Positions 29,141-38,844 of a stretch of 64,000 nucleotides of DNA are shown piece after piece. Each line of letters opens with the position of its first letter. Within the stretch, counting starts at the first letter, position 1. The translations under genes were made by a program, and so were the position numbers. The stretch spans positions 7,216 through 71,215 of the forward strand of contig CAZWLN010000011.1 of the NCBI GenBank assembly GCA_964634885.1, written 5' to 3'. This stretch comes from an uncultured Hyphomicrobiales bacterium (GTDB lineage Bacteria; Bacteroidota; Ignavibacteria; Kapaibacteriales; UBA2268). The notes under the pieces were generated by a model that worked only from the letters and a program-made list of their open reading frames with translations, was not told the DNA's origin and did no database searches.

Positions 29141-29616
29141 AACCTGCTACCATCAACGAACTGAAGAATGAACTCAAAAACGCCAAACCGGCCAAAGTGC
29201 TGGAAATGTGCCTACGGCTGGCAAGACACAAAAAAGAGAACAAGGAACTCCTCACTTACCTCATCTTCGAAGCCGACGACGAAGTCAACTATGTCAACTC
29301 GGTGAAAGAAGAAACCGACGGCCTGTTCGAATCCATGAACCGCAGCAGCCAGTACCTGGCAACTAAGTCTGTCAGGAAAATCCTCAGGAACATCAATAAA
29401 TACATACGGTTTTCAGGCTCGAAGCAGACCGAAACAGAACTGCTGCTATATTTCTGCCGCTGCCTCAAAGACTCGGGCATTGAAATGAAGCCGGGAAGCG
29501 CCCTCTCCAATATCTATTACAGGCAGAAAGAGAAGATATACAAAGCCGTCGGCTCTCTGCACGAGGACCTGCAATGCGACTACACTGCCGAAATGGAGAA
29601 ATTGGAAGAATCTTAA
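29137..29616 (+). CDS. Conserved hypothetical protein (Bacteroidota type)
   Basis: TTG start overlapping the upstream stop; CLRLARHKKENKELLTYLIFEA resembles a conserved uncharacterised family. Confidence 0.75.
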   Translation: MKPATINELKNELKNAKPAKVLEMCLRLARHKKENKELLTYLIFEADDEVNYVNSVKEETDGLFESMNRSSQYLATKSVRKILRNINKYIRFSGSKQTETELLLYFCRCLKDSGIEMKPGSALSNIYYRQKEKIYKAVGSLHEDLQCDYTAEMEKLEES

Positions 29617-29622
29617 ACGCCT

Positions 29623-30987
29623 TTATTCGAAAAAGAAATCCACACCTGCGAACTTCAGTACGAAGGGATCTGTCCTGATCGCTCCCCTGCTGATACGCGA
29701 TTTCAGTATCAGCCCCTCCATGGAGGTACAGCGGCTGAGAGCGACATAGACCTGGCCGGGTGAGAAAGAGCCGCTCAGGTCGGCTATTACATTCTCAAAC
29801 GTCAGGCCCTGGCTTTTGTGTACGGTAATGGCCCAGGCCAGCTTGAGGGGGTACTGGACGAATTCGCCGATGGTCTCCTCTTCGATCTTGCTTTCTTTGC
29901 TGTTCCATGTGTACTTTACGTTCTCCCAAGTATGCTCCTTCAGTTCTATCTCGTCGCCTTCAGCAGTTTCAACCACGATCATGTCTTCTTCGATTCTCTT
30001 CACAATGCCGATTTTGCCGTTAAAGAACTGCCGGTAGAGGTCGTTCCTGATGAACATCACCTGTGCTCCTACTTTCAGCTGCAGCGTTTCATCGGTAGGG
30101 AACATCGAATCCGGGAAGCTGCCGCTGGTCAAGGCCTTGAAGGATTTCAGCGGAGACGGCAGTTCTTCCAGTTTCCTGCGGTTAATATCATCGACGATGC
30201 GGTTGTGTGTGGCTAATACAATGTAGTTATGGTTCCTGTCCGTGTCGGTTAAAGGGACGAAGCGGCTGTTCAGCAGTTCCATGTCTTCGGCGCCAACCTG
30301 GTTGACGCGAATCTTGTTCAACAGGTCGATGAACTGCCTGTCGCTCTGCCTGTATATTTTCTGAAGCTCGATGTACCGGGGCGGGTTGTCCCTCAGGACA
30401 AGGGAACTGAAGAAGAACGGGGTTTCGTAATGCTCTTTCATAATCTCCCACTGGTCGTTCTGTGCAATCGGGGGCAGTTGGAATGCGTCGCCAATCAGTA
30501 TGACCTGCACACCGCCAAACGGGAGATACTCCCGCTCCCTGAAAATCCGGAGCAGCCTGTCAACGACATCGAGCAGGTCGCATCGTACCATGGAGATTTC
30601 GTCGATGATCAGCAGTTCCATTTCCGCGATGACCTTCTTCTGCTTCTTCTTGTATTTGAAAATGTCGAACACGGTGCTTTTGTCTTCGCTGTCGGGGTCG
30701 GGCCTGACCCTGAACCGGCTGTCACCGGGAACGAAAACGCTGGGGGGTATCCTGAAGAATGAGTGGATTGTCTGTCCGCCGGCGTTCAGTGCGGCGACGC
30801 CTGTCGGAGCAAGAACCACAGTCTTTTTTTTCGTATGATATTTAATATACTTCAGGAAGGTGGTTTTCCCCGAGCCGGCTTTACCTGTAAGGTAGATCAG
30901 CGGGGCGCCGTTGTTGACAAGCCTGACGGCCTGGTTGAACTCCTCGTTGCCGTCGTCCAGTTCGATATTGTCGATTACCATCGCCAT
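29623..30987 (-). CDS. PIF1/RecD-like SF1B DNA helicase
   Basis: TGKAGSGKTT, LAPTGVAA, IIDEISMV, GDAFQLPP, AWAITVHKSQGLTF, YVALSR. Start reassigned to MAMVIDN. Confidence 0.93.
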   Translation of the reverse strand: MAMVIDNIELDDGNEEFNQAVRLVNNGAPLIYLTGKAGSGKTTFLKYIKYHTKKKTVVLAPTGVAALNAGGQTIHSFFRIPPSVFVPGDSRFRVRPDPDSEDKSTVFDIFKYKKKQKKVIAEMELLIIDEISMVRCDLLDVVDRLLRIFREREYLPFGGVQVILIGDAFQLPPIAQNDQWEIMKEHYETPFFFSSLVLRDNPPRYIELQKIYRQSDRQFIDLLNKIRVNQVGAEDMELLNSRFVPLTDTDRNHNYIVLATHNRIVDDINRRKLEELPSPLKSFKALTSGSFPDSMFPTDETLQLKVGAQVMFIRNDLYRQFFNGKIGIVKRIEEDMIVVETAEGDEIELKEHTWENVKYTWNSKESKIEEETIGEFVQYPLKLAWAITVHKSQGLTFENVIADLSGSFSPGQVYVALSRCTSMEGLILKSRISRGAIRTDPFVLKFAGVDFFFE

Positions 30988-31110
30988 ATTTTCAGTACCG
31001 ATAACATACATTAATGAAATATCATTATTACAAAAATAGGGAAAAAACAGACAGATGGGATGGTTTATTATGAAATCGCATTTTAGGTCGATCATGATTG
31101 CGAAGTAATT

Positions 31111-31752
31111 TCAGGCAGTGGCTTTCTTCCTGTTCCTGATGAAGGTGAAAAGCTTGAAAGCTCCGAACAACACAAGTAAAGACACGACAACGACGGTTGT
31201 AATCGTGCCGTACGATTCCATGAAGTCATTGACTTTCTGCCAGTTCTTACCGAAAAGGTTGCCGGAGTAGATCAGTATCAGGTTCCAGACAGCGGCGCTG
31301 ATGAAACTGAGGACTATTGTGAGCTTAAGATTGATTTTCGAAATTCCTGCGAAGAAAGAGATAACAGCACGTGTGCCGGGAAGAAACCTGTTGATGACAA
31401 TCAGTGCATAGCCCCAGCGTAGAAACCACTTTCGGGGCTTGGCCAGGCTCTCCTCGTTGATGAACTTGAACCTTCTCGAAGCAATTATTTTATTGCCGAG
31501 TACAGCCCCCAGCCAGTACATGACGATGAACCCGAGGGTTGAGCCGACTGTCGAAGCAATCAGCAGTTCCGGCAGGCCCACTTTACCCAGGCCTACGAGT
31601 GAACCCATCATTACCAGAAGGCTGTCGCAGGGCGACGGCGGAAAAAGGTTCTCAATCAGTGTGACGGAAAAAGCCAGCAGCAATATCCACAGGACCGGAA
31701 TATCTGTGTTTTGCAAGGTCTCGGCTATGGTTTTTACTACGTCTTCAAACAT
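31111..31752 (-). CDS. DedA family membrane protein
   Basis: IENLFPPSPCD, RFLPGTRAVISFFAG. Confidence 0.93.
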   Translation of the reverse strand: MFEDVVKTIAETLQNTDIPVLWILLLAFSVTLIENLFPPSPCDSLLVMMGSLVGLGKVGLPELLIASTVGSTLGFIVMYWLGAVLGNKIIASRRFKFINEESLAKPRKWFLRWGYALIVINRFLPGTRAVISFFAGISKINLKLTIVLSFISAAVWNLILIYSGNLFGKNWQKVNDFMESYGTITTVVVVSLLVLFGAFKLFTFIRNRKKATA

Positions 31753-32031
31753 TCAGTTCCAATTATAAAGTAAGCAATTTTAATTAAATGATAAATGTTA
31801 CAATAAAAAATGCAAGATAGTAAAAACTGAAAGACTAACAGATGATAAAAAAAACACGGAAAAATTAAAAAAAAATCACATTACTTTACCCCTGGTGCTA
31901 TCATGAATGAAAAAAATATCGTATCTTAGAAAAAAAACTGTTGAAATACTTAATTTATTTGGGAAAATGACCGAAAATAAATTGAGAAATTGGTTTAGGA
32001 ATACTTTTGAAATAACGGAATTGAGCAAAAA

Positions 32032-33396
32032 ATGGAAAAAAGCGAATTAATCGTAAACCTGAAAAGTGGAACAAATCCGGAAACAAGATGGGAAGCAGCA
32101 GCCGAACTGGGCGCACTCGGCGCCTATGACGACGAGGTGCTGGAAGCGTTGGCACAGGGATTATTAGACATAGATTCCGGTGTGAAGGATATTTGTGCCC
32201 GCACCCTGTCCGAAATCCCCAAGGAATACGGCAGGCCGGCTTCCAGGTTCATTGCTCCGCTCATCAGCAACAAAAGCATCGAGATCCGTAACCTGTCAAG
32301 CGACATACTGATTAAGATAGGCGCCGCCGCCAATGAATTCATGATACCCTTTTTCAGCGACCCTGACTACCAGGTACGCCAGTTTGCCTGCGACGTAGTA
32401 GGCAGGATTGCCGATCCCAGCGGCCTGGAGAGTGTTTACACACTTTTGGACGACAGTAACCCGAATGTTATCAATTCCGCAATCGAAGCCATCGGTAACA
32501 TCCGCTCCGAAAGCTCTTTCGAAGTGCTGGCTTCCCTGTACGGAAGAGTCGAAGACCTGAAGCCGGGCCTGATGGAAGCCATCGGCAAAATCGGCAGTAC
32601 CGAGTCTGAGGATTTTCTCATCGACAAGCTGAAGAACGAAGAAGATGTATTCATGCAAACAGCCGCAATCGACGCCCTGGCATTCTGCGGTAAAGACATA
32701 GGCCTCTGCAATCACCTGCTCGACGAACTCGGCAGCACTCCCGCCGAGCTTCAGCCAATCCTTCTTAAAACTATATTTGCAATCGCTTCGAGGAATGACC
32801 TGGAGATCGAACTTCCGCCGGACTTACGCCATGTAGCAGTCAAGGCGCTGTTCGACGACGACAACGACATTGTCGGCGCGGGCCTGATTGCCCTTGGCTT
32901 CACATACAACACTTCGGATGTCCCCGGCCTCGTCAACGTCGTGCTCAAAAACGGGCCCGACATGCAACAGCACATCCTGGCCGTACTGCTCACATACTCT
33001 GACACGACAGCCATCAGGGAGTTCTTCGATGTTTACTTCATGAACTCCTCATTCGACGAGGACCTGTCTGAGTTTCTTTCGTACATAAAAATTGTCTGGG
33101 AAGACGTACCTGAAGAAAATGCGCATGCAACAATAGAAACCATATTAGACATCAGCTACACATCCCCCCGGGCCAACAAACTTGATATTACAGAAATAAT
33201 GCTACAGCTCAATCCTGAAATTGTTTTCAATAAATTGAGGCACTACCTTGAAGAAGAACCGGAACTTACAGGGGAAGTACTTGACATCGTTGCAGGGTTA
33301 AGGCTCGACGAATTTAGAAATGATATTGAAATAATTGCCGGGTCAGACTCAGCGTTCAGCGAAAAAGCAGCCGAAACCCTTGAATATTTAAATTGA
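32032..33396 (+). CDS. HEAT-repeat protein heading the che cluster
   Basis: Repeated helical units (RWEAAAELG, VRQFACDVVGRI, VINSAIEAIGNI). Confidence 0.85.
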   Translation: MEKSELIVNLKSGTNPETRWEAAAELGALGAYDDEVLEALAQGLLDIDSGVKDICARTLSEIPKEYGRPASRFIAPLISNKSIEIRNLSSDILIKIGAAANEFMIPFFSDPDYQVRQFACDVVGRIADPSGLESVYTLLDDSNPNVINSAIEAIGNIRSESSFEVLASLYGRVEDLKPGLMEAIGKIGSTESEDFLIDKLKNEEDVFMQTAAIDALAFCGKDIGLCNHLLDELGSTPAELQPILLKTIFAIASRNDLEIELPPDLRHVAVKALFDDDNDIVGAGLIALGFTYNTSDVPGLVNVVLKNGPDMQQHILAVLLTYSDTTAIREFFDVYFMNSSFDEDLSEFLSYIKIVWEDVPEENAHATIETILDISYTSPRANKLDITEIMLQLNPEIVFNKLRHYLEEEPELTGEVLDIVAGLRLDEFRNDIEIIAGSDSAFSEKAAETLEYLN

Positions 33397-33420
33397 CATT
33401 AATGGAATATGAGATAATTT

Positions 33421-34341
33421 ATGAGTTCAGAGCTATTCAAATTTAAACTGGGAAAACCCAAGACAGAGGCCGGCACAGACAGTCCACCCATACAGCCTTT
33501 GCAGAAGACCCTGTCGATGAGCGATGAGACTTTCAACAACCTGAGAGATGTAATATATAAGATCAGCGGCATCTATTACACAACCAGTAAAAAGTACCTC
33601 CTCGAAGGCAGGATCGGCAAACGTGTCCAGGCAAAGAATTTCAAGAGCTTTGAAGAATATGTGGAATACCTGAAATCTCCCTATAACAAAGACGAACTGA
33701 AACCGCTGTACGACGCAATTACTATCAACGAAACGTACTTCTTTCGGGCAGAACAGCAATTCGAAGCTTTCGAGAAAATTATTGTCCCTGAAATCCTCAA
33801 GGAAAAAGGCAATTCCGTAATGCCCATCTTCAGGATATGGAGCGCAGCTTCGTCCACCGGCGAAGAAGCGTACACACTGGCCATCCTTGTCCTTGAGAGG
33901 CTGAAACCCATGTTCCCGAACGTAACGTTCCAGATACTGGCAAGCGACATTAACGAAAGTGTAATCGAATCCGCAAGGGCCGGCGTTTACAAGGAGTATT
34001 CAATCAGGAACATTCCTCCGCTCTATCTTGACAAGTATTTTACTAAACAGGCCAATACATATGTACTGAGCGACCAGGTCAAGAGAATGGTCAAATTCAT
34101 GAACGTCAACCTTTACGATTCTAACCAGATGAGGATGATCACCCAATGCGACGTCATTTTCTGTTGCAATGTGCTGATATATTTTGACATCCCGTCCAAG
34201 CAAAAAGTTGTTTCTATGCTTTATAATTCTTTAAATAAAGGCGGCTACCTGTTCATCGGCTATTCCGAGTCCCTGCACGGCATATCCAAAGCTTTTAAAC
34301 TGGTTCACCTGCCCAAAGCCATGGCTTATAAAAAAGAATAA
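33421..34341 (+). CDS. cheR: Chemotaxis protein-glutamate methyltransferase
   Basis: TINETYFFR, IWSAASSTGEEAY, ASDI, DVIFCCNVLIYFD, GGYLFIGYSES. Confidence 0.95.
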   Translation: MSSELFKFKLGKPKTEAGTDSPPIQPLQKTLSMSDETFNNLRDVIYKISGIYYTTSKKYLLEGRIGKRVQAKNFKSFEEYVEYLKSPYNKDELKPLYDAITINETYFFRAEQQFEAFEKIIVPEILKEKGNSVMPIFRIWSAASSTGEEAYTLAILVLERLKPMFPNVTFQILASDINESVIESARAGVYKEYSIRNIPPLYLDKYFTKQANTYVLSDQVKRMVKFMNVNLYDSNQMRMITQCDVIFCCNVLIYFDIPSKQKVVSMLYNSLNKGGYLFIGYSESLHGISKAFKLVHLPKAMAYKKE

Positions 34342-34371
34342 ATTGATAATTAATATATATTGAGTTTTATA

Positions 34372-34737
34372 ATGGAAAAGACAATTTTAGTAGCTGAGGA
34401 TTCTGCCTCAATCAGGAAATTCGTTACAATGGCATTGAAAATCATGGGATTCAAGGTTATTGCAACCGAGGACGGCATGGAAGCATTGGAGAAATTGCCC
34501 GGCCAGAAAGTGGATCTGTTGATTACGGATTTGAATATGCCGAACATAGATGGATTTAAACTAATTAACTCTGTCCGCAGCAATCCGGATTATATCGAAT
34601 TGCCAATTATCATCCTTTCTTCTCTTGCCAAGGATGAAGACGTACAGCAAGGACTCGCTGCAGGAGCAAACTCATATTTAATAAAACCTTTCAATACGAA
34701 AAGGATTCAATATGAGGTTTCAAAATATTTGGGTTAG
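34372..34737 (+). CDS. cheY: Single-domain response regulator (CheY-like)
   Basis: AEDS, ITDLNMP, YLIKPF; located within the che cluster. Confidence 0.8.
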   Translation: MEKTILVAEDSASIRKFVTMALKIMGFKVIATEDGMEALEKLPGQKVDLLITDLNMPNIDGFKLINSVRSNPDYIELPIIILSSLAKDEDVQQGLAAGANSYLIKPFNTKRIQYEVSKYLG

Positions 34738-34766
34738 AAAGATATTATTAAAAACTAATTATAAGG

Positions 34767-35159
34767 ATGATTATGCGTTTTTTAGTAGTTGACGATTCAC
34801 CGACCATGCGCCGAATTGTCATTAATGCCCTTAAGGTCTTCGGCATAGAGGATGTGGTTCAGGCAGAAGACGGGCAGGATGGCTTAAACAAATTAAAATC
34901 AGAAAAAATTGATTTTGTCATCACTGACTGGAATATGCCGAATATGACCGGACTGGAACTGATCAAAGCCATCAGGACCGACGACGAACTTAAAAACATC
35001 CCTATTCTCATGGTTACTACCCGCGGCTTGAAACAGGACATCGTCGAAGCTCTGAAAGCCAAAGCCAACAACTATGTTGTAAAACCTTTCACGCCACAGG
35101 TGTTAAAAGAAAAGATTGCAGCTGTCCTTAAAGCTGTCCAAGGTGAAAGCAGTATATAA
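34767..35159 (+). CDS. cheY: CheY
   Basis: LVVDDSPTMRRI, TDWNMPNMTG, MVTT, YVVKPFT, close to canonical CheY. Confidence 0.9.
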   Translation: MIMRFLVVDDSPTMRRIVINALKVFGIEDVVQAEDGQDGLNKLKSEKIDFVITDWNMPNMTGLELIKAIRTDDELKNIPILMVTTRGLKQDIVEALKAKANNYVVKPFTPQVLKEKIAAVLKAVQGESSI

Positions 35160-35185
35160 AATACCCTATTTGGAGATATAAAACT

Positions 35186-36145
35186 ATGAATGACAATGAT
35201 ATTAACACTCTTTTGAGAAAAGCCGACGAACTGAAAGCTTTATTCGTTTTGGGCCAAAGAGTTATTCCCTTCCTCGAAGAACTTTTCATCTTTGTTAAAG
35301 ACATTAAACCAATGCTCGATGAGATTACCGTATCCATCCATGAAAACCTGAAGAAAATGCCCAATGCCTCAAAACAGTTGTCAAAAGTTACCGAAGCTAC
35401 TGAAAACGCCACCAATGAAATTATGGACATCGTTGACGGGGTCATTTACAAGACCGACATCATCAGCGCTAACCTGAAAAAAATCGAGAAAATGTCCAAC
35501 GAAAAGTCTTCTTCACCGCTGAAAATTCTGGACCTTATACTACAAGCCCTCAAAAATGACGAAGATATACAGGAATTGCTTCCTAAACTTTCCAAACAAG
35601 TGAAAGACATCAAATCGGAAAAATCACCGGAATTCAAAACCATAATCAAAGAAACTACAAATATGGTTGAGAGCATTCAAAACGATTCCAGTTCCATCAT
35701 GATGTCGCTACAGGTTCAGGACATTACTTCTCAGCAGATCGCTGCCGTTAACCACCTCCTCGACACCATCCAGGACAAGCTTAATACCATTATGAAACGG
35801 TTCCAGAGCACTGAAATCAGCGATTTGATGGAACAAAAACCTTCATACAACGAACGAACCAATGTCTCGAAAATGCACAGGACTATTGCCTTCGATCCGG
35901 AAGCTGTCGATTCGATCAGCTTCAAAGACACCAGACAGATGGAGGTGGACGAAACAATTAAAGAACACAACAAAGGAAGAGCCGACACGGACATGATGAA
36001 CCTGGAAGCTTCACTGGAAGACATAGACGCTCTGTTCGCCGGAAAAGCCGACAGCACCGACGTAAAAGAACAGAATGCAGACGTAAAAGAACAGGATGCA
36101 GACGAAACTGTCTCCCAGGATGACATCGATGCCATGTTCAGCTAA
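35186..36145 (+). CDS. cheZ: CheZ-like phosphatase
   Basis: VTEATENATNEIMD and LQVQDITSQQI (DxxxQ catalytic motif); C-terminal SQDDIDAMF peptide. Confidence 0.8.
   Translation: MNDNDINTLLRKADELKALFVLGQRVIPFLEELFIFVKDIKPMLDEITVSIHENLKKMPNASKQLSKVTEATENATNEIMDIVDGVIYKTDIISANLKKIEKMSNEKSSSPLKILDLILQALKNDEDIQELLPKLSKQVKDIKSEKSPEFKTIIKETTNMVESIQNDSSSIMMSLQVQDITSQQIAAVNHLLDTIQDKLNTIMKRFQSTEISDLMEQKPSYNERTNVSKMHRTIAFDPEAVDSISFKDTRQMEVDETIKEHNKGRADTDMMNLEASLEDIDALFAGKADSTDVKEQNADVKEQDADETVSQDDIDAMFS
36059..36104 (+). repeat. 21-bp in-frame tandem repeat in the cheZ linker (DVKEQNA/DVKEQDA)
   Basis: gacgtaaaagaacagaatgca gacgtaaaagaacaggatgca gacg. Confidence 0.9.
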
Positions 36146-36184
36146 TTAAAAACGGGAATTTAGGAGAAATAATAAAGGATTATC

Positions 36185-38308
36185 ATGAGTTCATTCATCG
36201 ATCCCGAAATGCAGGAAATTTTCGAGGGTTTTGTTGTCGAAACGACCGAACTGCTCGACAGCCTTTCGCAGGACCTGATGCTCCTCGAAAGCCAACCCGA
36301 CGACCTGGAATTACTTAATAAAATTTTCAGGAGTTTTCACACCGTCAAAGGTACGTCCTCGTTCATGGGATTTGACACCATCGCCGGCATTACCCACCAT
36401 GCCGAGGATATTCTCAACAAACTGAGAAAATCGGAGCTTACCGTTAGCCAGCCCATCATCGACGTACTGCTCGAAGTTCATGACTGGATTGAAACGCTGA
36501 TGGCCCGTCTGACCGAAGGCGACGACTCTCCAGTCGATTACTCCGAGACAATCCGGATGCTGGAAAAGCTCAAGGACCCGGACTATAAACCCGAACAGGA
36601 ACCATCGGCAGCCCCGCCCGGAGAACAAGCCCTGCCTGAAGAAGAAGCTTTCAACGAAAGTTTCGACGATGGCACCGACGAAAAGGAATTCAGCGCGCTC
36701 GACAGCGTCCTCTCCAATTCCGACATGGTCTCGAAGCCCGGCGACTTCACAGATGAAGAACTGGCTTTGCTCGACGCGGCCTTTGCTGAAGTCAACTCGG
36801 CTTTCCTCGAAGAAAACCTCGCTGCAAAAGAAAAACCTGCCGACGAAGCCGAATCGGGTGAAAGTGTACCCGCATCAGAGGAAACACCCGATCCCGAATT
36901 AATGGCAGAACTGCCGGAAGAATCAGAAGAACCTGCCGACGAAGTGCCTGCAGTTGAAGAGCTTCCGGTTGAAAAGAAAAAAATACCTGAGACACCGGCT
37001 GCACTCACTCCCAAGAAAGAAACACCACCCGCGCAGGCTCAACCCGAAGCGGCAAAAGCCGACGACAAGAAAGGCCCTGTTAAAGCGGCAAAAGGAGCCG
37101 GCGAAACAATCAGGGTGGACGTCGAAAGGGTGGAAACTCTCATGGACCTTTCCGGTGAACTCGTGTTGGGAAGGAACAGGCTGGCACAGATTACAGACAC
37201 AATCGAACAGGAATTTGAAAAGGTCAAGAGTGTACGCGACCTGATGGAAACAACGGCACAGATAGACTTCGTTACCTCCGAGATACAGTCCGCTGTAATG
37301 AGAATGAGGATGGTGCCTGTGGCAAAACTCTACCAGAAAGCTCCGCGTATCGTTCGCGACCTGTCGAAGGAGTTCGGCAAGAAAATAAAGCTGGTAGTCA
37401 AGGGTGAAGAAACCGAGATCGACAGGGGCATCATCGAAGAGCTCAACGATCCGCTGGTTCACATGATCCGCAATTCCTGCGACCACGGCATTTCTACTCC
37501 CGAAGAAAGGGTGAAGGAAGGTAAACCTGTCGAAGGTACTGTAATACTCGACGCCGAACAGGAAGGCAACGCAATTGTCCTGCGAATTTCTGACGACGGA
37601 AGAGGGCTCGACCCCGACAAACTGAAAGAAAAAGCCGTCTCCAAAGGCATCATTACCGAAGAACAAGCTCAGTTGATGTCGAAACGAGAAGCTCTCCAGT
37701 TAGTGTTCTTACCGGGCTTCAGTACTGCCGCCAAAGTTACGTCCGTCTCAGGCAGAGGTGTAGGTATGGATGTGGTAAGAACCAACATACAAAACCTTAA
37801 GGGCATGATCGAAATCGAATCGGAAGTTGGCGTAGGAACAACTTTTGTCATTAAGCTGCCCTTAACACTGGCCATCATCCAGGGTGTGCTGGTGAGGATT
37901 TGCTCTGAAACCTACGCAATACCTCTCAGCTCTGTCGTCGAAATCGTGTCTGTCGATATGAAAAGCATTTATTCCGTCAATAAAAATGAAGTGGTCAGGC
38001 TCCGCAATGATGTCTATCCCTTAGTCAGGCTCGACAGGGTACTCAGGGTAAACGGCTCGGACCTCGGACTTGAGGGCAGGTACATCGTCGTTGTCGGCAT
38101 GGGCCACCAACGCGTCGGATTCGTCGTGGACGAGTTGCTCGGCCAGCAGGAGATCGTCATTAAGTCACTCGGGGAATACCTGGGGCACATCAGCGGCATT
38201 GCCGGCTCGACAATCCTCGGCGACGGCAGGGTTATTATGATTGTTGACGTTGCGGAACTGGTGCAGTTCGCATTCAGGAACCAGGGCAATTTGCAGGCTG
38301 TAGTATAG
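36185..38308 (+). CDS. cheA: Chemotaxis histidine kinase CheA
   Basis: Hpt FHTVKG, acidic linker, TIRVDVERVE dimerisation domain, HMIRNSCDHG, DDGRG, SGRGVGMDVV, C-terminal CheW-like domain. Confidence 0.97.
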   Translation: MSSFIDPEMQEIFEGFVVETTELLDSLSQDLMLLESQPDDLELLNKIFRSFHTVKGTSSFMGFDTIAGITHHAEDILNKLRKSELTVSQPIIDVLLEVHDWIETLMARLTEGDDSPVDYSETIRMLEKLKDPDYKPEQEPSAAPPGEQALPEEEAFNESFDDGTDEKEFSALDSVLSNSDMVSKPGDFTDEELALLDAAFAEVNSAFLEENLAAKEKPADEAESGESVPASEETPDPELMAELPEESEEPADEVPAVEELPVEKKKIPETPAALTPKKETPPAQAQPEAAKADDKKGPVKAAKGAGETIRVDVERVETLMDLSGELVLGRNRLAQITDTIEQEFEKVKSVRDLMETTAQIDFVTSEIQSAVMRMRMVPVAKLYQKAPRIVRDLSKEFGKKIKLVVKGEETEIDRGIIEELNDPLVHMIRNSCDHGISTPEERVKEGKPVEGTVILDAEQEGNAIVLRISDDGRGLDPDKLKEKAVSKGIITEEQAQLMSKREALQLVFLPGFSTAAKVTSVSGRGVGMDVVRTNIQNLKGMIEIESEVGVGTTFVIKLPLTLAIIQGVLVRICSETYAIPLSSVVEIVSVDMKSIYSVNKNEVVRLRNDVYPLVRLDRVLRVNGSDLGLEGRYIVVVGMGHQRVGFVVDELLGQQEIVIKSLGEYLGHISGIAGSTILGDGRVIMIVDVAELVQFAFRNQGNLQAVV

Positions 38309-38336
38309 CTGCTGTAGAACAGAGTACAATACAGTA

Positions 38337-38369
38337 AAAGGGACAGGTTCAGGCCTGTCCTTTTTTTTT
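38337..38369 (+). terminator. Intrinsic terminator of the che operon
   Basis: aaaagggacagg-ttcagg-cctgtcc followed by a long T run. Confidence 0.85.
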
Positions 38370-38418
38370 CGCTAAGCAGCATTTTTACTACCTGGCCTCG
38401 CCTCGGGGAAGGGCAGTC

Positions 38419-38805
38419 AAGTTCATCAAGTTTATCAAGTTTATCAAGTTTGTAAAGAAAGAAGAAAGAATCCTGCTGCTTCTTTCTCCTTCCCCTTGGG
38501 GAAGGCCGGGATGGGGTTTCTCAGTTAGTAAAGTATGTAAAGAATGCTGAATTCTGAATTCTGAATGCTGAGCCGAGCGCAGCCCATTAAGAGTGCCGAC
38601 TATCCGGTAATATTGCCCCTCAGGGGCATTTTCCTCTTTCAATAGCCACTTCATTTATGGCGTGGGCAAAAAATGAAAGAAACAATCTGCTCCTTTTCGA
38701 GTGGTTCAAGATGGACTCCACCTGCGAGGTGGAGTCCATCTCGCAGATTGCCGGCTTTCTTTCTCCTTCCCCTCTGGGGAATAATTCCCCTGGGGAATAA
38801 TTCCC
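38419..38805. repeat. Composite repeat cluster A (9-bp and 7-bp tandem repeats, REP-like hairpins, two-hairpin MITE-like unit)
   Basis: (AAGTTTATC)n at 38419-38457; ttctttctccttccccttggggaaggccgggatgggg at 38480-38516; (TGAATTC)n at ~38543-38571; unit 38641-38746 with a 15-bp perfect stem; modules shared with 55665-56004 and 62301-62484. Confidence 0.85.
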
Positions 38806-38844
38806 TAACAAAGGAATGTCAACACACAAACAGGCCTGCAATAC

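Noticed and set aside
29623-30987. PIF1-like helicase as part of a defence or mobile element
   Set aside because: It is flanked by ordinary conserved genes (DUF3820, DedA) with no nuclease, integrase or compositional anomaly.
38419-38805. CRISPR array or integron attC array
   Set aside because: There are no regularly spaced identical repeats with unique spacers, no cas or integrase gene, and no ORF cassettes between modules.
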